Shown here one piece after another: positions 58,850-64,000 of a DNA stretch of 64,000 bases (the first letter of the stretch is position 1; the number at the start of each line of letters is the position of its first letter). The notes under the pieces are model-generated. The model made no database searches, was not told the origin of the DNA, and worked only from the letters and a program-made list of their open reading frames with translations. The stretch is from an uncultured Nitrososphaeraceae archaeon (GTDB lineage Archaea > Thermoproteota > Nitrososphaeria > Nitrososphaerales > Nitrososphaeraceae). The position numbers and the translations under genes were made by a program. Where the stretch lies: contig CAWGVG010000033.1 in NCBI GenBank assembly GCA_963825865.1, positions 32,001 through 96,000 on the forward strand, given 5' to 3'.

Positions 58850-61072
58850 TTGAGTTTAAGCAGAATTGCCAAACTAGAATATGTCCTAGTGATTTGTGAA
58901 AAACCTGATGCTGCGAGAAGGATAGCTCAAGCTCTGGGAACCTCGAGTTTCGAAAATATATCAAGTTGGGATAGAAAAGGAAGAAGAGGACTGCTGCCAC
59001 TGGTTTTTTCTGCAACTGCCCAAAATGGTCTACACTTTGTTGTATGTTCTGCAGTAGGTCATTTATACGAATTAGTCGATGTAAAAGGGAACCGAAGTAA
59101 CTACCCAGTGTTTGATGTTAAATGGACGCCAATTTTAAGAAGGAGAAATTCGATAGGTCCAAAGACAGCTGCAAAATCAGAACAAATCATAAAGGCGATA
59201 TCCTTGCTTTCGCAAAAAGCTACAAGCTTTGTTCATGCTTGTGATTATGATCAGGAAGGTGAAGTAATTGGTTACAATATTCTCGAATATGCCTGTAATA
59301 ACAAATATGATAACTCACTAAGGGCTAAATTTTCAACTCTAACCGATGAGGAAATAAGAAATTCATTTGATAACCTGTTAAAACCTAGCAAAGGATTAGC
59401 TGAGGCAGGAAGATCCCGCCATGTGATTGATTTTATTTATGGAGTTAACCTATCCAGAGCGCTTACACAATCTTTTAAGGCAAGTAACGACGGCAAAAGG
59501 TATTGTAACTTAACAATGGGCAGGGTACAAGGCCCAGCTCTTGCTTTTGTAGTGGACAAAGAGACAGATATCAGAAAACATATTCCAATGCCTTATTGGA
59601 CCATAGCCGCGGAATTCGAGAAAAATGGAAATATAATTAATGCACACTATTACCAGCAAAAAGTTACCACAATATCTAAAGCAACCTCAATTGTTGATGC
59701 TTGTACAAACAAAGATGGTAAGATTACTGGGATCAACCATCAAAGGGTCACACTCACAGCTCCAAATCCTTTTAACCTAGGCGATCTGCAAAAGGAAGCA
59801 TATAGAGTATTCAAATTTTCTCCAAGCTACACTCTAACCGTTGCTGAGAAACTGTATGTCAATGCACTAATATCTTATCCAAGGACCTCAAGCCAAAAGC
59901 TTCCAGCCTCAATAAACTACAAGAAAATTATTTCAGGCCTCTCCAAGATTGATTCTTCTGTTGTAGACAACAATGCTTGTGCTTATACAAAGCTGACTGT
60001 AATCCTGCTCTCTAAAGATTATCTTTCTCCAAATGAAGGAAGCAAAACTGATTCAGCGCATCCAGCAATTTACCCAACAGGAGAGAAGCCAAAAGGTAAT
60101 CTTGAGAGTGCTGAACGCAAATTATTTGATCTGGTAATCAGAAGGTTTTTGGCAACTTTTGGTGAACCAGCGATAATTCAGCTCATAACAGTGACAATTC
60201 TAGTCAAGGACGACCACATTTTCAAGGTTGACGGAAAGAAAATGATAGATGAAGGATGGATGAATTTTTACAAACCATATACTAATAGAACCGGACTAGG
60301 AACTCAAGCTCATTTACCGAACATGAATAATGGTGACATATTGAAGAATGTTGTTATAACCATGGATGAGAAGTTCACTCAGCCTCCATTTCGATACAAT
60401 CAAGCTAGCTTGTTAGAAAAAATGGAGAAAGAAAAGATCGGCACTAAAGCCACAAGATCAAATATTATCAGCACACTCTTTAAGAGAAATTATATCACTA
60501 GCACTACTATCTCTCGAAAAGAAAATAATATAGGAGGATTGGGAGCAATTGAGGCTACAGATATTGGATTTGAAATAACACAATTAATGCGTAAGTACAT
60601 ACCAAACATAGTATCTACAAATCTAACTAGGACTATGGAAGAACAACTAGAAGAAATTGAATCATACAAAGCGAGAAGTGGATTGGTAATAGAATATGCA
60701 ATAGGTAAATTAAAAGAAGCAATCGTTCCTTTCAAGGAAAACGAAATTGAGGTAGGTCATCAGATATCTGATGCAGCAATAATTACTAAGAATAAACAAC
60801 AGATGGTACTAGGCGCTTGTCCTGTTTGTGGCAAGGGAGATTTGAAAATTTTAAGATCAAATATAACAAAAAGAAGGTTTGTAGGATGTTCTAATTACGC
60901 ATTCGGTACATGTAAGGCGGCTGCTCCACTACCACAGAAAGGACCAATAAAAACTACGGGTAAGACCTGTTCAGTATGCCGATGGCCTGTAATCAACGCT
61001 GTCTATAGCCGTGAAACAAAACGTCACTGGAAATTCTGTATTAATGTGCAATGTCCGTCAAAAACGCAGTAG
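58850..61072 (+). CDS. topA: DNA topoisomerase IA with C-terminal zinc ribbons
   Basis: ICEKP, ACDYDQEGE Toprim, GRVQ, ISYPRT catalytic Tyr, AHPAIYPT, GTKATR. Confidence 0.95.
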   Translation: MSLSRIAKLEYVLVICEKPDAARRIAQALGTSSFENISSWDRKGRRGLLPLVFSATAQNGLHFVVCSAVGHLYELVDVKGNRSNYPVFDVKWTPILRRRNSIGPKTAAKSEQIIKAISLLSQKATSFVHACDYDQEGEVIGYNILEYACNNKYDNSLRAKFSTLTDEEIRNSFDNLLKPSKGLAEAGRSRHVIDFIYGVNLSRALTQSFKASNDGKRYCNLTMGRVQGPALAFVVDKETDIRKHIPMPYWTIAAEFEKNGNIINAHYYQQKVTTISKATSIVDACTNKDGKITGINHQRVTLTAPNPFNLGDLQKEAYRVFKFSPSYTLTVAEKLYVNALISYPRTSSQKLPASINYKKIISGLSKIDSSVVDNNACAYTKLTVILLSKDYLSPNEGSKTDSAHPAIYPTGEKPKGNLESAERKLFDLVIRRFLATFGEPAIIQLITVTILVKDDHIFKVDGKKMIDEGWMNFYKPYTNRTGLGTQAHLPNMNNGDILKNVVITMDEKFTQPPFRYNQASLLEKMEKEKIGTKATRSNIISTLFKRNYITSTTISRKENNIGGLGAIEATDIGFEITQLMRKYIPNIVSTNLTRTMEEQLEEIESYKARSGLVIEYAIGKLKEAIVPFKENEIEVGHQISDAAIITKNKQQMVLGACPVCGKGDLKILRSNITKRRFVGCSNYAFGTCKAAAPLPQKGPIKTTGKTCSVCRWPVINAVYSRETKRHWKFCINVQCPSKTQ

Positions 61073-61148
61073 CAACCACTCCTGCAACGATAGTTTCTAG
61101 AATTGGAGATTTCAGCGTCTAGTATGATATATGTATTTCGTGCTGGTA

Positions 61149-62561
61149 CTATCTTCTTCTTTCTAATTTCATACGCATCCCATATTTAGGGCGTAATGTA
61201 ATAAGCGGCTTCAATTCAACTTTATGATCTGGATCATGATGCATCTTCCACTGATGGCATATTGTAGCTACTAACAGGATTCCTTCCATCCATGCAAATG
61301 GTTCGCCTAGACACCCTCTGATACCTCCTCCAAATGGGAAATAACTAAATCTGGGAAGTTGAGACTTCGCCTCCTTGGTCCAGCGATCTGGATAAAAAAG
61401 GTCAGGCTCAGGAAAGTAACGTGGATTTCGATGCATCACATATTGACTCATCAAAACAATAGAGCCGGCAGGTATTACATATTTGGCAATCTTGTAATCA
61501 TTAATAGCTTGACGACCTGTCGTCCAAGCTGGCGGATAAAGCCGCATAGATTCTCGAAAGATCTTTTCAGTATATTCCAGTTTTGAAACGTCTTTAATGG
61601 TTGGAATTCTTTTTTTACTTCTAGTGCTGCCACTGGTACTATCTTTACTATTATCAAGTACGGAACAAAGCTCCTCATACAGCTTAACCTCTACAGTTGG
61701 ATTTTGTGATAATAGATAAAATGTCCATGTAAGTGCATTGGCTGTTGTTTCATGTCCTGCCAAAAAAATTGTCATTACTTCATCTCTTAATTGTGAGTCT
61801 GTCATTCGTCCAATTCCAGCTTCTGCATCTTGGGCTTGTAGCAGCGTATATAGCAAGTCTTCTTTAGGTTCACCTTTATTCTCGTTAGCTCTATGTTCTT
61901 TAATCATATTGTATACGATAGTGTCTAATTTCTTTTTTGCTTGTTGAAAGCCCTTATTAATAGGTAGTATTGGTATTTTTTCAATCAGCTCACCAAATGG
62001 CATTAGGAGACGGTTAAAGTATTCCGCACTAGTCAAGAGTGCATCCCCAACTTGGTCGCCTTCTTCTGATTTAATATCTGAACCCAAGACAGCCTTACTA
62101 ATGATTGCCGATGTTACATGTATCATTTCGTTATGGATATCTAACGTAATTCCATCCTGCCATCGCTGACTCATATTTGCAGCATAAGCAGTCATTACAT
62201 CTCCGTATTTCTTTATAAGATTAGGATGAAATGCAGGTTGTATTATTCGTCTTTGGCGATCATGGTATTCTCCCTCACTGGTCACTAGTCCTTCTCCTAA
62301 CAAGCGCTTGGAAACTTGTAGACCTCTACTTTTAATAAAATTTTTATGGTTTCTAATTAATACATCCTCTATATAATGCGGATTATTAAGTAGGTAGACA
62401 TGCTGTCTTCCAAACTTAAAATGAGCAATATCGCCATAGGTATGCGCAATATCCATCAAAGTTTTGATTGGATTGTGTATAAATTCACGTAATAATTTAT
62501 TAGGTAAAATAGAGTGAGGTCCTGGCGGATATTCAATTGAAGAAGAGGAAGATGCTTTCAA
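61149..62561 (-). CDS. cytochrome P450
   Basis: AGHETT I-helix, ESMR (ExxR), PDRW, FGGGIRGCLG heme Cys. Confidence 0.96.
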   Translation of the reverse strand: MKASSSSSIEYPPGPHSILPNKLLREFIHNPIKTLMDIAHTYGDIAHFKFGRQHVYLLNNPHYIEDVLIRNHKNFIKSRGLQVSKRLLGEGLVTSEGEYHDRQRRIIQPAFHPNLIKKYGDVMTAYAANMSQRWQDGITLDIHNEMIHVTSAIISKAVLGSDIKSEEGDQVGDALLTSAEYFNRLLMPFGELIEKIPILPINKGFQQAKKKLDTIVYNMIKEHRANENKGEPKEDLLYTLLQAQDAEAGIGRMTDSQLRDEVMTIFLAGHETTANALTWTFYLLSQNPTVEVKLYEELCSVLDNSKDSTSGSTRSKKRIPTIKDVSKLEYTEKIFRESMRLYPPAWTTGRQAINDYKIAKYVIPAGSIVLMSQYVMHRNPRYFPEPDLFYPDRWTKEAKSQLPRFSYFPFGGGIRGCLGEPFAWMEGILLVATICHQWKMHHDPDHKVELKPLITLRPKYGMRMKLERRR

Positions 62562-62848
62562 TTTTGTCTTTCAATGGTGGTACTTCGGTAATATATATAT
62601 AAATAAGAGTTCGGATTAAGGTATTAAATTTGGTTAGGATAAAAAATAACCTGTTGTATGCCAGAAGGATCACCGGGTAGGTACTCATTAGTAACAGGAA
62701 TGGTGGGAGATAGAATGTCAAAACTAAAAGATATTGTAAAATAAAATTTATTGATTTGGAACGTACTAATAAAGAAAAAATCAATTTGGACAGGTTTGGA
62801 CGCATCTGAGGATATAAAATTATAATCGTTTTATCATCGAATATTTTT

Positions 62849-63160
62849 ATGAATAAACTATATCAACTAAGCGATCTTCTTTCTGAACTCGAAGACCATG
62901 TCGGCTACTTCATAGATTTTATATCTACAAGTGGTATTCAGGCTGGCATCATACGATTACACCCTGGTGAGAATGATACACAGGATCCACATTCAGTAGA
63001 CGAGGTTTACTATGTTATTGAAGGTACTGGCTTTATTAAACTAAATAGCAAAAATCATGCTATCGAAAGAGGAACATTTATTTTTGTTCATGCGGGAACT
63101 GAGCACAAATTCCACGGCAATAATCAAGACCTTGTCATCTTTTATGCATTAGGTAGATAG
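62849..63160 (+). CDS. cupin domain protein
   Basis: QDPH..DEVYYVIEG..GTEHKF. Confidence 0.88.
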   Translation: MNKLYQLSDLLSELEDHVGYFIDFISTSGIQAGIIRLHPGENDTQDPHSVDEVYYVIEGTGFIKLNSKNHAIERGTFIFVHAGTEHKFHGNNQDLVIFYALGR

Positions 63161-63238
63161 ATAGACGTTAAAACAGTCATAGTGCTAAGGACGTGCCATA
63201 TTGATAATATATATAAATCATAATCTTTCCCATAATTT

Positions 63239-63453
63239 ATGGTTTACAAATATATTGATATTGTAGGAACTTCAGATACAGACATTAGTGCTGCAGTGGA
63301 TAATGCCTTTAAAGAGGCGTCGTCCATGTAAAGAATATAAAATGGGGAGAATTGGGCCGTGTGACATTTAGAGTTGAAGAAGGAAAAAAAATAGAATATC
63401 AAGCAGAGGTTAGAATTGGTTTTGAAGTTTTAAGAGTTAATCAACATCAATGA
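63239..63453 (+). CDS. dodecin (frameshift near 63327), missing from the ORF track
   Basis: MVYKYIDIVGTS..AVDNAF..A..VKNIKW..EYQAEVRIGF. Confidence 0.85.
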
Positions 63454-64000
63454 TCATAATATTAAGTAATGATTTATTTCCTCTAATCATGACTATTATA
63501 TGATTTATTTTTTAGGACTTTTAATTTCTATCAGCACTGTGTACACATACTGTTTGTTCTGTATGAGGAGCTTTATTTTTTATTGCATCTGAACTGGTCT
63601 TATATATCTTCAAGGATGAACAAGTCTGCTGTAATGTCATTGTTTGATCTTGTAAATACTAAGAATACTGACAATCCCTTTTCAACATAATGTCCAGATA
63701 TGGGAGGGTTTTCCCGCCAATATAGCTACGTCAAATGGGTTATCCAAATTCTGTTTCATTGCCTTTTAAATCAACTTTAAGATTTTCAACATTTTCCCTC
63801 ATCGACATATCTAACGCCTGCTTTTTGCTCCGGAGCAACAGAACTGTAGAACTTGTTTTTTGTATCCTCCAAGAAGCAGAGAGAGGAACTCGCAAGTAAG
63901 AGGTTGACCAATATTAAAAATGATTATAAAATGCCTAATATATTATAGATATGCTTATGCCTAATCAAAAGAACAACAACAACAATGAAGCCATTGGTGA

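Noticed and set aside
315-62805. Many short antisense or overlapping ORFs in the track (e.g. 2346, 9029, 25302, 44281, 53540, 61738)
   Set aside because: They are shadows of well-supported genes on the opposite strand.
63570-63830. Possible minus-strand gene
   Set aside because: Needs several frameshifts and matches no family I recognise.
1-64000. Mass pseudogenisation or programmed frameshifting in about 18 genes
   Set aside because: Single-base indels hit conserved genes with intact motifs (tfb, glycerate kinase, alkA, dodecin) and share no slippery motif; sequencing error is the simpler explanation.

Overview
AT-rich archaeal chromosomal DNA whose gene content (TFB, SelB-like factor, CofC/CofD, NurA, archaeal topoisomerase IA, cupredoxins, many small Cys-rich proteins) fits a soil ammonia-oxidising archaeon (Nitrososphaeraceae-like; inferred, not searched). 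About 18 otherwise intact genes carry single-base frameshifts or lone stops, most consistent with an unpolished long-read assembly. Mobile DNA includes a complete IS630 element (TA duplication, inserted in a small gene), a 214-bp MITE with 8-bp target duplication and an IS5-like tail. The most striking unexplained structure is a phased TTATCAC heptamer array (18-19 bp period, unique spacers) upstream of a ribbon-helix-helix-like gene whose start carries three more heptamers, resembling a centromere/operator plus adaptor pair. Other highlights: a probable box C/D sRNA, a membrane protein with two AmoC/PmoC-like metal motifs, an LbpA/GcvH-TusA fusion, a solo Cas4-like nuclease, an orphan NurA, a cytochrome P450 and a secreted protein with 87-bp tandem repeats. 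No rRNA, tRNA or CRISPR array was recognised.
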